64,000 nt of DNA from Catajapyx aquilonaris (taxonomy: Eukaryota), in assembly GCA_000934665.2 (NCBI GenBank), contig KZ538060.1, forward strand, positions 1 through 64,000. The letters run 5' to 3'. A model generated the notes under the pieces. It was not told the origin of the DNA and ran no database searches. It worked only from the letters and a program-made list of their open reading frames with translations. Below are positions 39,201 to 51,900 of this stretch, in pieces (the stretch's first letter is position 1; each line of letters starts with the position of its first letter). A program made the position numbers and the translations under genes.

Positions 39201-42200
39201 CAGCATCTACACCCTGGATATGAAGAAGACTAACCGCATTGTGGTGGAGGTGGCCAACTACCTCAGCATCCCCTGGGTGGGCTCCTTCGACCTCTCACAC
39301 GACGTGGAGGATGCCACCCTTACCATGGCCACCGAGTACGACACTGGAGGAGGGAACAAGCAGCTGGGACTCAACGTGAGGGTGCTGCAGGAGGGTCCTC
39401 TCGAAGTGCTTCTTTACGCTCCATACTGGATTGTCAATAAAACTGGGCTTCCAATTCAACTTAGGGTGAATATACCATTTGTTACACACTAGTGCTGAAC
39501 TTACACGTGCACAAAATTCCAGGGTTCGTCTTCTGAAGTAGTGTACGAGAGCCAGTCGGACGGCCCCATACTCTTCCGGTACAAGAAGCGACGCAGAAAA
39601 AAAGTCAGACTTCGCATTTACGATTCGTCATGGTCCTCGGCCTTTTCTATGGACACTCTGGGCAGTTGCGGCCTGGTGGTTTGCAGGTGTCGGCAGAGGA
39701 AGAGGCGGTACCGCATCCTGATGACAGTCTCCTTGTCGGCCTTGAAGTTCACCAAAATTGTGACCTTCCTTCCGTGCTTCATGGTGTCAAACACCACGCA
39801 GAAACCTTTGCGCTTCATGGAAGAAAACGACAAGGCGGACCTTTGGATAGACGTTTCTCCGGGGCAGGTACATTGTCAAATACACTGGATAATTCGTGAC
39901 ATAACTCCACCGACACATTTCAGTGCGTACCGTTCTGGCCGGACACAAACGTGATGAAGATGTATGTCAAGTACCACGAGAGCAAGCTCGTGTCGCAACA
40001 CTTCTTCATCAACAAACCTCACCAGACCGTGCTTCGGATGGAAAAAGGGGTGCGTACATGTGCGTAATACACAAGTTACACCCATACATTACACCCTGCT
40101 TTGTTATTCCAGTCCGGTTTGTGCGTGGAGGTTAGCGGTGGTACAGACTCGCCTTTCATCACCACATTCAAAGACTACACAATGGGAGATGCTGTTGTCA
40201 GAGTGGAAAATCTCTGTGAAGACCTGTTCCTCAAGCTCAACCAGAAGTCATCTGGACAAGTGGCTCTACTGAGCCCATACCAGTCTCTCCTATATACTTG
40301 GGATGATCCGACTCAAGAGCGGGTCCTAGTGTGGAACGTTTATAACCGAAAGATGCCCGGATTCATCGCACAATTCACAAGAGTGAGTTACATTTTGGGA
40401 TGGGGTCTCTGACATGCAACGCATCATTTTAAATCATTTTAAATATCTGCAATTGCCCTTGCCTCATTATTTTTAGGACACCTACGGACAGGAAAAGGTA
40501 AGCTTCCAGACCCTAAGGCAAACAACATTGTCCTCGAGCAGTAGTGGTGGTCGCAAGTCGGCGTCTTCGCCAAATAAGCACTCTGCGTATGGAAGCAGTA
40601 GTACTGATGACGACGACGACGACAGCGACGTGATAGAGTCGCACAAGTCCGACAAAGGGTCTGTGTCGAAACGCAGCACGGGGATAAGGAAGGACAAGGT
40701 GGTCGTGTACTGGGTCAGCTACCTGGAAGGTCACCAGAGAGTCCTGCTCTTCACCCAAGACGAGAGAGTGGCCAGACAAGCCAGGAGAATGATCTGCTCC
40801 GAGAAGAGCAAGCGAGAAGTGTTCCTTTCAATCGCAGGACTCGGCATCTCTCTCGTAAGTTAGGCTTATAACAGACTCTAATATTTTTTTAAAAAACTAG
40901 TATGGTGCTCACCTGCATTATTTTGCACTATAGGCAAATGCGAAGTACGAGGAAGTTGCTTACCTGAGCGTGTCGCAATCGCCAGCAGTTTGGGAGGTCC
41001 AGGTGAATGGCAATTGGAAGCTTCTCACTCTGGAACTGGCCACGTGGTTGGAAGACAAATGGCAGAATGAGAATCTGCAAGCGGATATGAAGGATTATGT
41101 TCATGTAAGTTACCCTCATAGAATTAGGAAGTGTGCAAGTTAAAAAATCTTTCGATGATTCACCAGGTCGACTTCGAAAAAATGCTCATGACCAAGCCAT
41201 TCTTTGGCGAGTTGAGGCGATCCGCTTACCCCGCAGGTTGGCTTCACTTCCGCCAATCACTTCATCAAAAGTACATCAACATCCGCGTCCACAGACTGCA
41301 GGTAGGAAAACACATATCCAAACCATATTTTGTTACTAATTCATGCCCGATTCGCAGCTGGACAATCAACTTTTGGACGCGCTTTTCCCGACAGTCCTTG
41401 CACCTACGGCCATTCCTCATTCCATGGTCAAGAAATTCGGTGTCCGTCCGTGCTTTGAGCTAGTTACGCTTTGGGGCTGTGGTTCATCTCCACAACAACA
41501 AGTATTCAGGTACGAATCTCACACTTCACAATCTGGAACGTTTGCACCAAATCCGATTTCAATTCCAGGTATATAAAAGTGTTGCTGCAGGAGTACTCCC
41601 TGTGGGTCGACAAGGGCTTCCTACTCTCCGTTTACGACATATTTGCCAACTTGCGTCCGACAGTAGATGACACCATCAGCATCAGAGCAGACATTGCTTC
41701 TATACACACTCCGCTCAACAAAATAGCCGCCATGGTGAGCTTAGCTTGTCTTCTCGCTATGGTGTGGTAACTATCCATGAACTATTTTCAGTCCGGCACC
41801 GAAGAGCACAAAGCGATAGTGGAATACGCTCACATCTCTCCGGTGAAGATCCACTTCAGCTTCTCGCCTCGAGGGACTGTCCACGAGGCCAATCCTCAGC
41901 CTTCGTTCAAGGCAGATGTCCTCGACTTCTTCCTCAGCTCGGTCGGGGCCACGCTGACCGAGGTCAAGGACGTGGAGTTCAGACTGGCCTTTTATGAGCA
42001 GAGAGGTGCCACCTTGTCCCCATCTGAAATGGGCTCGCAAATCTGGAGCCACTACACCAGTCAGCTCTTGCAGCAGTTCTACGTCCTAGTTTTAGGACTG
42101 GACGTCCTCGGAAATCCCTTCCGTCTGGTCAAGGACTTCACGCAAGGATTCGGAGATTTCTTCTACGAACCATTTCTGGTAAGTGCATAGGGTGTCCACA

Positions 42201-45200
42201 AACTATCAACCACTTGAATTCAATAGGCAAAAGAATTAAAGGGTTTGAATGTGGTTGATTTCAAATAGTGAACAATGATGTTGTTGCAGGGTGCTTTGGA
42301 AGGTCCGGAAGAGTTCGCAGAAGGTGTGGCTCTGGGTGTTCACAGCCTTTTGGGACATGTGGTTGGAGGATTGGCAGGGTCGCTTTCACTGGTGTCGGGA
42401 TCAGTTGGAGGGTTTCTGACGTCGCTCACCTTTGACGAGGATTTTAAAAAGGTAATTATGGATATGGATGCGTCATGGGGTGGCATTCAGTAAAGGTTTC
42501 ACAAGATGAATTAATGTTAAGGCGAGGGTTGGATATTCATCGAATGTAGGTCAATCCATTGAGCAGGAAGATGTGATCAGACGACTTTCTTCCATTAATG
42601 CACCAGTGCTAATAAGACATATTTACTTGATTAAATTTCCGAACCAGCGACGGAGGCAATGGATGCAGCAGCCATCCAACCTGCCAGAGACCCTGTGCAA
42701 TGCTGGTCGAACATTTGCAATGGGCATCATACTCGGGCTGACTGGTGTGGTGGTGAAGCCAATCACAGGTAAGCCACCGTGAAATATTCATCAGTGAAAC
42801 CTATTCAATTTTGGGGGTTTCACTGTGCTTTAATTCCGTCCAAATTATATACTGTGAGACTAAAGTGTCACTTTGTCCCTTCCATCCATTCCATGCTCAG
42901 TGGCAGGTAAACGTCCTGTGCATATATGTTTAATGTCTTCTCTTTGTTTCCTTATCTGTCTGTGTGGCATGTGGAATATGGGATTAGGTAGAAGAGTCTC
43001 AGGTAGGGTGGTAGTTGTATGGTGATAGTCTGCTGTAGACACCCCATGTCTTTGTCCTCTCCTGAAATGTGGTGGCCAACATTTACAGTCTTAGGTTGGC
43101 CTTCTCGTAATTATGTTAATCTGGCCAATCACCAAACAGAATATACTCCAACAACATATTTTATTTTTTTGTGTATATGATAGTGCAAATGTTGGCCGCC
43201 AGTGCTATCCAGTGTTTCAGTAGTTTTAGCCCATATCTTCATTTAGGCATGCAACAGGAAGGTGTTGAAGGCTTTTTCAAGGGGATAGGCAAAGGTCTTC
43301 TGGGTCTGGTGACCAAACCTGCTGCTGGTGTGGTGGACTGTGTGTCACTGGTATTCGACGGTGTCAGAAGGTGCGCTCAACCTCAGTGTCACAAAATTTC
43401 AGGTGATGTGACGCTTGTTTTGATTCCAGGGCTGCCGATTTGGGTGAGGACGTAGTCATGCGTAACCGATTGCCCCGCTACATGAACCCTTTTATGGTAA
43501 GTGTAATGCTCGTCAGGCCGTAAATGGGCAGGGTACTCATTTGCGTTTATTCCATTCTCCTATCACTCATTATTATCGAATTTGCTACTCGCAGGGCACT
43601 GATTAAAATCGTTCTTCTCTCCGTGGAATATTAATTTATTTAACAAAGGGCAAGCTATTGATTTCGGCACCGTAACAATGAAGAAGGGCTGCTGCAGGAT
43701 TGACCACGATAATGAATCGCTGGTTGTCATGCACTGCGCTCATAATTTAATTTGAGGCGGACACACGAGTATCCCAGAAAATTGTTAAGCCAAAAGATCA
43801 TTGCCTCCAGAGAGATTGGTCCACATTGGTTAGATAAGAGGTGAATATTCCTTCTCGAGTAGGGGGGAGATCATTGATTCGGAAACGAGCAGGGAATTTT
43901 GCGAGAATGAGAGGAAAGACGAAATCAATGGCAAGCCGCCAGACTGGGGCCAGTTTCTAGCCCCAAAAAAGTTCTTCAGCAATAGAATTCAAGTGGAGCC
44001 GCAAGAGAAGATCCCTAAGTTTCACTATGCTGCCGGTTATTTACTTGTAGGCCATACAGTACCTATACGCAAAATTTGCATATGCAAATTAAATTCAGCC
44101 ATGACTGTATGCATAATTGTGCATAATAGCAATAATTAATCCTGGTTCAGTAGTTAAATTGTTGCGATTGTTTCCAACCTTCCATCCTCAGGGCTTGAAG
44201 CCATACTCGCCTCATCAGGCTCGAGGCATTGTCTTACTGCACTCTCTTGACCGTGGTCATTACACCGAATCTGACGTATTTTGGGCCTACGCACCTCTGG
44301 CAACAGAAGAGAGATCCGACATCGCCCTTGTCACCAACAGGTGAGCACAAAATGTCACAACATTCCCCACAAAAATTAATAACGACTCTATAGAGTCATC
44401 CTGCCTACACAACCCAACAGCAATTCTCCATCACCACAGAGCGGAGTAGGAATATGTGTCAATGTCTGCTTCGAAGCGGAAAGTGCGGGTTCCGCTCCGG
44501 ATAACCCGATTACAACACAGGCGCGCATATATGCACCCCGGGTTCTATATACATACATTCGTCAGTCCGGAAAATTTGGGCGAGAGTAGGGGTGTCGTTG
44601 GTTCCGCTTCCTTGGCGATGCGTACACGGAATTGATTGGTTTAAGCCCAGCCTTGCCTCCAGGATTACCTTAGAGCGGCCTGGTTGTGGCCGCGGAAGAT
44701 GGAACCGCGAAATATTTCATCGCGCGAACAGAACTCCCGCGGGGATTCCCCGGTACGATGGAGGTGAATACACCTCCTAATGATTCACCTGTCTTTCGGG
44801 GTCTGGTGCACGAAAGCACTGCATGTTCTGATTTTAAGGGTCTAAAGTACCGTACATTAGAATTTGGAAGTTTTCAACCATACGTTCTTATTCAGACTAA
44901 CAATATTTTCGATGCCGATGTGTACAAGAATAGCACGCGAATTAAGATAATAGGTGTAGTTGGAGAACCTATATTTGGGTACAGTATTTGTGACGTGCAT
45001 TGGTCTATAGGTTCGATGCTTTTCTGGCAGTAATGTGCGGTTGATTTTCGATCGCAAATTACAGTGGGTTGTAGCTTTCATATAATGTCTCTTTGACATT
45101 TTGGCGCGTGTTATGTTTAAGTTGAAACTTTTGGAGTTATTGAAATGCAATGAACGCAAAATTTTCATTTTAATTGAATCATAACAGTGTTTTACGGTAT

Positions 45201-45683
45201 CCGGATGACATTTTCGCGTAGGAGGCATTATTCGATTCTGTTGATTTGGCAAATTGCTATAAAGCGATGGAATTTAAAGCGGTGCAAATAACTGCATGTT
45301 TAAACCTGCTGTTTGTGAAGGTATTTGTTAAACATGTTGCAGGCATGTGTTTCTGCTTGCCCGTGGACGCCTGTGGGGTGGATGGGACGTCCAGTGGTCA
45401 GTGGGCGTTGATGATGTCATGGCCGTCCCCTCCGTCGTGGAAGACAAGCTAGTCCTAAAGATTCGCGAGGTACGTACTAATCCCCTCCAGTTTCTAATCC
45501 ACAAAATGGCCGGCACTTTCCTCCCCATAGGACTCAAGTATGAGCCTGTTCACCGGCGGTGAGCGGTATTTCCAAAGCCAAGACATTCCTCTCCTCCATT
45601 GGCTTCAGACCAAAGTGGAGCAAGTCCTGATTCTGAGCATGGAAGACAAGCCCTGCGCATCCACCGAGGAAGCCGACGATTAA
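27295..45683 (+). CDS. VPS13: VPS13 family bridge-like lipid transfer protein (VPS13A/C-like), ~3,529 aa, 52 coding exons
   Basis: Chorein-N start [76 protein letters not shown] repeats ([38 protein letters not shown]); WWE-like [20 protein letters not shown]-like [40 protein letters not shown]-like end. Hand-mapped GT-AG exons: 27295-27435, 29543-29650, 29721-29847, 29909-30080, 30274-30473, 30583-30757, 30857-30985, 31052-31196, 31259-31487, 31541-31762, 31848-31960, 32017-32225, 32302-32586, 32653-32994, 33051-33183, 33245-33475, 33527-33669, 33727-33913, 33972-34085, 34146-34325, 34384-34576, 34663-35228, 35288-35457, 35519-35777, 35836-36279, 36347-36482, 36545-36730, 36790-36905, 36970-37174, 37231-37330, 37387-37520, 37717-38107, 38175-38469, 38535-38737, 38817-38937, 39013-39465, 39523-39867, 39924-40049, 40113-40382, 40477-40854, 40934-41104, 41167-41301, 41358-41509, 41569-41734, 41792-42178, 42290-42451, 42648-42768, 43247-43370, 43430-43496, 44192-44340, 45343-45469, 45531-45683 (sum 10,590 nt, phases consistent). 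Confidence 0.95.
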
Positions 45684-47020
45684 CGTACGTGTCCTCCCAC
45701 CTCGCCAATTTTCAAATCCCAGGCTTTTGGGACACCCCCCTTAGGATTATTCCGTGGGAGTTGAGGCCACCTGACAAAGTCTCTTCTTCGACGAATGGTA
45801 GTTTCCGGCAACGACAAGGGCGGTTATTCATGTCAGGGTCGTTTGGCGTGGGTTTGCTCCAACTATTGGATCAAGGTCTAGCACTAGTCTAAAGTACATT
45901 AAAGGCATCCATTAGCCTGTCACCTTCAGGTCAGGATGATACTTCCGGATGTTTACACTGACAGGGCGTGCAAAACTGCACTAAGCGCCACATGTTTGGC
46001 TGGAAAGAAATCAGCAAGGTGCAGTGCACAAAATAGTGTTAATGTCAAAGGCTCATAATATCGTGGGAATACAAGTGAAACACAACAAATCCGATTTTTC
46101 AGTTATTTTACCACTTAATCATCTAATGATTCACAATGAACCAGCACTATTAAGGGGTTTCAACCCTTTCAGGAGTTAAAGAGTTTGATTAGGATAAAAC
46201 TGGTTTCTTGGACTATATGGAATTTCTGTATGCCCATGATATATCAGGTAGTGGACAGTCATCACACTTTATAACCCTTGCCTTGATATGCAAATTATTT
46301 CCCTTATTTTTCAGATGACCTTTGTGGCACTTGGTTCCGTTTTGCTTAAACCGCCGCGTGTGCCACGTTTACTTCTATATATTTTTAAAAAAACTGAACT
46401 GGCTGTGTCTCCCACTGCCTTCACCTGTGGCTGCTGGAATCGATATCCGATGCGCGTGCGGCGGAGGATTCGCAGATAAAGGGGGGGTTACCTCTCCATC
46501 TTCACGCCCCCGCAGTCCAATTCCACGCCAATTAATTGCTCGATCAGCGATGCCGAAAATGACACACTAATTATGCCAGGGCTGATATGTGACCTGCATC
46601 CACGCCTTCCCATTGTCACTCCTCTGGGAGAACATCCATATTGATCCATCATTATGGGTATACTAACGCCATCTGCTTTTTACTCATGGAAAATTAGGTG
46701 TTTCCCCCAGCAACAATGGGTTAAAATGAAAGAAAAAAACCTATTGTGTCTACAACTGGAGAAAAGGGGGGAACAAATTATTGGTCTTATCGATCTAAGG
46801 CAGCGCCCTGTTTATAACCCTTGAGAGCATGTAATCCCAACCCCACAGCTGTCTGCGTGGGTGCCGAGGTTAGATGCATGATTTACGCTGGGACTCTAAA
46901 TCATCCGGGTTTGGATATAAGGGACACCCGGAGAAGTCGGTCGAGCAAACAATCTGCACTGCGTAATGCACACAAGTGGCCCAAAATAAGGGCAAAGAAG
47001 TGTCTCATGTCAGGAGGCCG

Positions 47021-47575
47021 TACTATCAAGGGCTTTCAACTCTTCAAGGAGTTAAATGGTTTGAATCAAGATATTGACAGGACTTTAGAAGGGTCAGGTT
47101 GAAAAACGAGAAAATAATACATACTCTCAAGGGGTTTCAACTGCTTCAAGGAGTTAAAGGGTTTGATTCAAGTACTTGAACGTTTTTTTAGAGAGAAAGT
47201 ACTAATAAGGCCTTCAAGGAGTTCAAAGGTTTGATTCGAGAGCTTGACATGGAGGGAAAAGGTTGAAAAGTAAGAAATTAATACCTGTTATCAAGGGCGT
47301 TCAACCGCTTCAAGGATTTAAAGGGTTTGATGCAAGTACTTGATCAAGCTGTTAGAAAATACTAGCAAGGTTTCAAGGCGTTAAATGGTTTGATTGGAGA
47401 GCTTGACAGTTGAAAAAAGGAGAAAAGGACTTTCAACCCTTCAAGAGGTTCAATCCTTTCAAGGAGTTAAAGGGTTTGATTCAAGTACTTGAACTGGCGT
47501 TTTGAAAAAAAAATGAGATTTGAAAAATATCAAATGAATTCAAGGCGTTAAAAGGTTTGATTCAATATCTTTCAA
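47021..47575. repeat. Degenerate satellite with core TTCAAGGAGTTAAAGGGTTTGATTC (7 copies)
   Basis: Core starts near 47043, 47145, 47213, 47309, 47372, 47458 and 47539; a related copy lies near 46168. Confidence 0.85.
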
Positions 47576-48883
47576 CTAGAAAAAAGTTGATTTGAGACGG
47601 AAAAATTGTGTCTAAAAGTGCCATGGCAAGCTGCGGTCCAATCAGTGTCTGGCAGACACCAACCAAAAGGACAGTCCTCTCCGACCAGCATCTAAATGAA
47701 GCTGGAGATTGATTTTTCCAGCTTCCCCACCAGCAGATCTAGCCACCAGCTTTCCCACCTGACCAATTACTGACGGTGGCCATTGTGTGACTAGATAGAT
47801 TAGAATCCAGGTAAGGCATTGGGTGACGTGCCGTGGTCATGGTTTTTTTTTTTTAAGCCCGGGTTATCCAACCCGACTGTGCAAGAATTCTAGTCGTTCG
47901 CCACATGTAGTGTGAACCCCCCCATGTTGTTTACGATCAAGCAAAAAATGTGCATGCTTGACAGAATAATAAAAAAATGATGTCTTTTCCTCTCGCCATT
48001 AATCGCGAACAACGTTGTGAGATGTACATGATGTTGTCCAGTTCTCCAAAGGGAGATACATGTTACGTGCTTTGTTTCTTCAGGTCATAAAACAATAATA
48101 AAAAAAAGTGTTCCATCCTTCAATTGTTATCTTACCCCCACATTTTTTTTGTCTTATAAAAAAAAATGTCGACCGTCATCCGGGTAAGGAAGAGTTGCCC
48201 TTGATCCTTCCACCTGCACAGAAGATCAATGTCTCTCCCACCCACGCCGACCACTGCAGCAGGTTGCAGGTTTGTGTATGGTGTAGGTGGGTGGGTGGGG
48301 ACTGCAGCAGGATTGTGGAGAAATAGAGGACGAAAATTGGGAGGTGATGGAAGAGTGTGAACAGAGTGGGGGAAATCCTTTAGGGCAACTAAATGAATGG
48401 AGTTGTCTGTTGGAGCCGACCAGGTTTTTGTCAGCGTAGGTGTCTTTGTCAAAAAAAAAAAAAAAAAGTTGGAGCGATTGGAAAGGTTTTTTCCCTCCAC
48501 CTTGCATCAACTAACTTCAAAGAGAAGTTTGCTTTTGCACCTCTTAGTAAAATGAAACACTTTCTATGGAGATGTACAGGGGACTGAATATATATTGCAT
48601 AAAGTGTGCTGGTGTACGCAGTCTACTTTGCCATAGTGATATGGGTTTCGTAATTGACAGTAAGTGCCACTGAGCAAACGAGCGTAGGAGGGTTACCTTC
48701 CCGACAGCACATTTTTTTTATTTCCTGTGTAAAGAGTAAGTCTGAATTCTCCAAGGGCAAGTTTTGCACATCATGTATGAGGTCACGTATAGGCAAGGTC
48801 ATGGATGAGGATCAAAGACCTGGAACATGGGGAAAGAGATTCATTGGAGTGATGACGTACGCGGCTGATTACTATGGGGCTCA

Positions 48884-48977
48884 GGCCACTTTATCCTGGT
48901 CTTGAAGCAACCCTTCACACACACACACACCGTGGGGCCTGTGCGAAGGGTTGCTTCAAGACCAGGATAAAGTGGCC
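48884..48977. repeat. 94-bp hairpin with 33-bp perfect arms (MITE-like or pre-miRNA-sized)
   Basis: GGCCACTTTATCCTGGTCTTGAAGCAACCCTTC and its exact reverse complement, enclosing a short (CA)n tract. Confidence 0.85.
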
Positions 48978-51900
48978 AAAAGTATTTGAACCCGATACAT
49001 GCAAACGGCGATGGTTAGATGCTGTATGTTGCGGCTGAAACTGACGAGTTAGTTAATCGTAGTTAATAGAGAAGTCGCTGCTTATAGGCTGAAAGCTCCA
49101 AAGTGCATAAAAATAGGAGCATGAAATTTAGTACACACGAATAAAGCCGTTTTATGCCAAATATTTTGTTTTATATTCAGCTGAGTGGATAATTATTCAA
49201 ATGGAATATGCAAGTGCAAATGAGCATACAGTACCTCACTATACACTGCATGGTACATTTACGCCCTGTATGTGCACGTCTGGTGATATATTAACTATCT
49301 TATGGAAATTTACAAATTTAGGTTGTAATTGTATTTATTCACTGCGACATTTATCATCATACTTGTTAAGTGCAGTAGTAATTGCATATATGGATGAGCG
49401 GTTACAAAGAGAGAAAGGCTGTCCACGTATGGCTGGTTAGGTAATTATTTATGTTGGATGCTTTGTTGGTTGTAGGGATTTGGATGAAGGATGCACGGTG
49501 TATTTTAACAGGAAGATGCTCATTTTAAATCAAGAACATTTATCCTATTCCACTCCAGCACTTCCTTTCTCCTTTCTCTTCTACACCACGACCCATTCCG
49601 GACTTTGCATTTACCTAATTGCGAACAGTTCTAGGAGAGACTCGAATTCCACATTTTCCGATCCTGAATCCGACACGTGCGCTAAAGAGCTATCCGCACT
49701 TGAACGTTTTAAATGTCTATACACCACCCACACAGTTCATTAGATAAAGGAACTCGGCGTAGTTTTATTTACTATGGTCGACCTTGTAAAAGTTGATTAA
49801 ATCTTTGAATAATATTATTTCAACGATGCAAACTGTGATTTTTTTGTACTACGCATATATGCATTTCTAATATTCATGAAAAGGAAATGTGTAATGCACA
49901 ATTTTCTTTATTTCGTACTGGTGCATTAAATGTCAAAATGCACTCGTATTATGCATGTTTTAGTCACTAAATACAATAATGCTCTCGCTGTATTTCATAT
50001 ATTTTTTTCAAAAGCATTAGGCTGAAATTTACCCCTCAATTGATTTTAAAAGCATATCAGTCATCCGGCTCGTTTGCCAATAATAATGACTCTTCTCTTT
50101 GAACTTTTGGTAATTTCAATAACTTCATACTCAACTACCGCATAGCCAATCCATTTTACCACCACGCTTCTCTGATGATGCTAAATTTTTTCGGATGTTA
50201 ACACCCGATTGCTCTATTGTCCCTACAGTAATAATATTTGCCTACAGCGCAGTGTATAGGTCCTGTGCACTTCGCTCCCGGGTCAAATTTCCAATGAGTG
50301 TTTATAACCGAGTGCATGTTGCACCTCCAGTCATCGCGTAATTAAAAAAAAGCGAAATGGCCTAAAGCACAAGGTAGGTTACGCCTGGATCTGACCAAAT
50401 TCATCACCAACCGTTCGAACAAACCAAGCGAAAAAAATATTTGCTCATAACTTCAGTGGCCTGCTCCCTCATTCATTATTGCTATGCGTATATAGCCCAT
50501 AACAGTAGAAACAAATTAAACAAGTCGATAATTGCATTTGTGCCGCATGAAACACCCAAGACAAGTGTGATGGATGGGGGTAGCCAGAGGGAAAAGAAAT
50601 GAATATTCAGATTGCATGCTGACAGAGTTTTGCACTTTGAATAATATCCACAGGAGGAAAACAGCCCCTGCCCCCCCCCCTCTCTCTCTACTATTAAACT
50701 TTCTATTGCCTTAATTTCCAGCCACTTTTTCCTCCGCATATTACTATGGAAAAAAAGTCGCTAATGCAGTAAAAAGGCATGGGAAATTACTTTCACGTGA
50801 ACAGTGCCGTAAATTGTAATACTTCTTTGGCTCCACAATCTGCACGCAGCAGTTTAAAAATACTCGATGTGACGTACTTTCGGCCCAATTCCGTGAAAAC
50901 CGTATCGTGGTATCATTATAGTTACGTCACAGCATCGTCGGACACCTATTCCCTTCATGATGATAGAAGCACAGATATCATTATTATCAGCACGAAAAAG
51001 AAGGTGAACTTGATTTTTTGTGTGGAGTCAACAACCCGAATTAGGACACGATATTTCAGCGATATTTCGATACATTGAATATTTGACTGTAAGACAGACG
51101 ATCTTGAGGTCAGTACTACTTCAGGTCATTTCCGATTCCGAGAGTGATTCCCTCCGAAAAAGGGAATTCGGAAGCTGGTTCTGGACACAGAACGTGCGCT
51201 GAAACCGAACTTGTGTAGGACCAGGATTACAGCGTGCCAGAGTGGAAGAAAGAGCTTGCTGACGTGAATTGAGACACTGCATGTAACGGTGAAATCCTCT
51301 GATTAATTTCACCCGTGGGATTGCAACCTGGAGAATTATTTGTGGCCTCGGGGTACCAGAAAGCATTAATAACACATCAAGCACATAGACGTCAGTTGAT
51401 CAAATATCTAGAGATTTAACTCTGATTCTGATTGAACCATTTTTGAGTAAAATAATATAATTTACCTATACAGGCCGAACCTATAGGTAACTTTTGCATG
51501 TATTACCTTATAAAATAGAGGGTAAAAAGGGTCATCTTTTTTACCTTCTCTATAGAGAAGGTAAATGGTTAAGACTATAGTCTGACCCTGACATTTCCCC
51601 TATACGAACTTGCAAGAAATTCGACCTGGCCTTGGGGTATTCCAGCGTGATTATATACCGTGTGAATAAACAGTCCGAGAGTTACAGCACAGTGTGCACA
51701 AATTGCGCGTGAATTATTACAACCCTTCGTAAGCTGGCGAGGCATACTCCATAAGGTCACAGGTAAGCCCAGATGTCGGTCACAGTCTTCCTTTTGTGCC
51801 GCCTGCATTTCTCCCCATCCAGGTCGGCCCTCATTAGACTCAGAGCCTCCCTTTGTCGATGATACCCAGACGTCCGATATTGGGTTACTTCCGCCCAACC

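Noticed and set aside
47021..47575. CRISPR-like look (conserved core with variable spacers)
   Set aside because: The spacers are related to one another and uneven in length, the repeats are degenerate, there are no cas genes and the context is eukaryotic.
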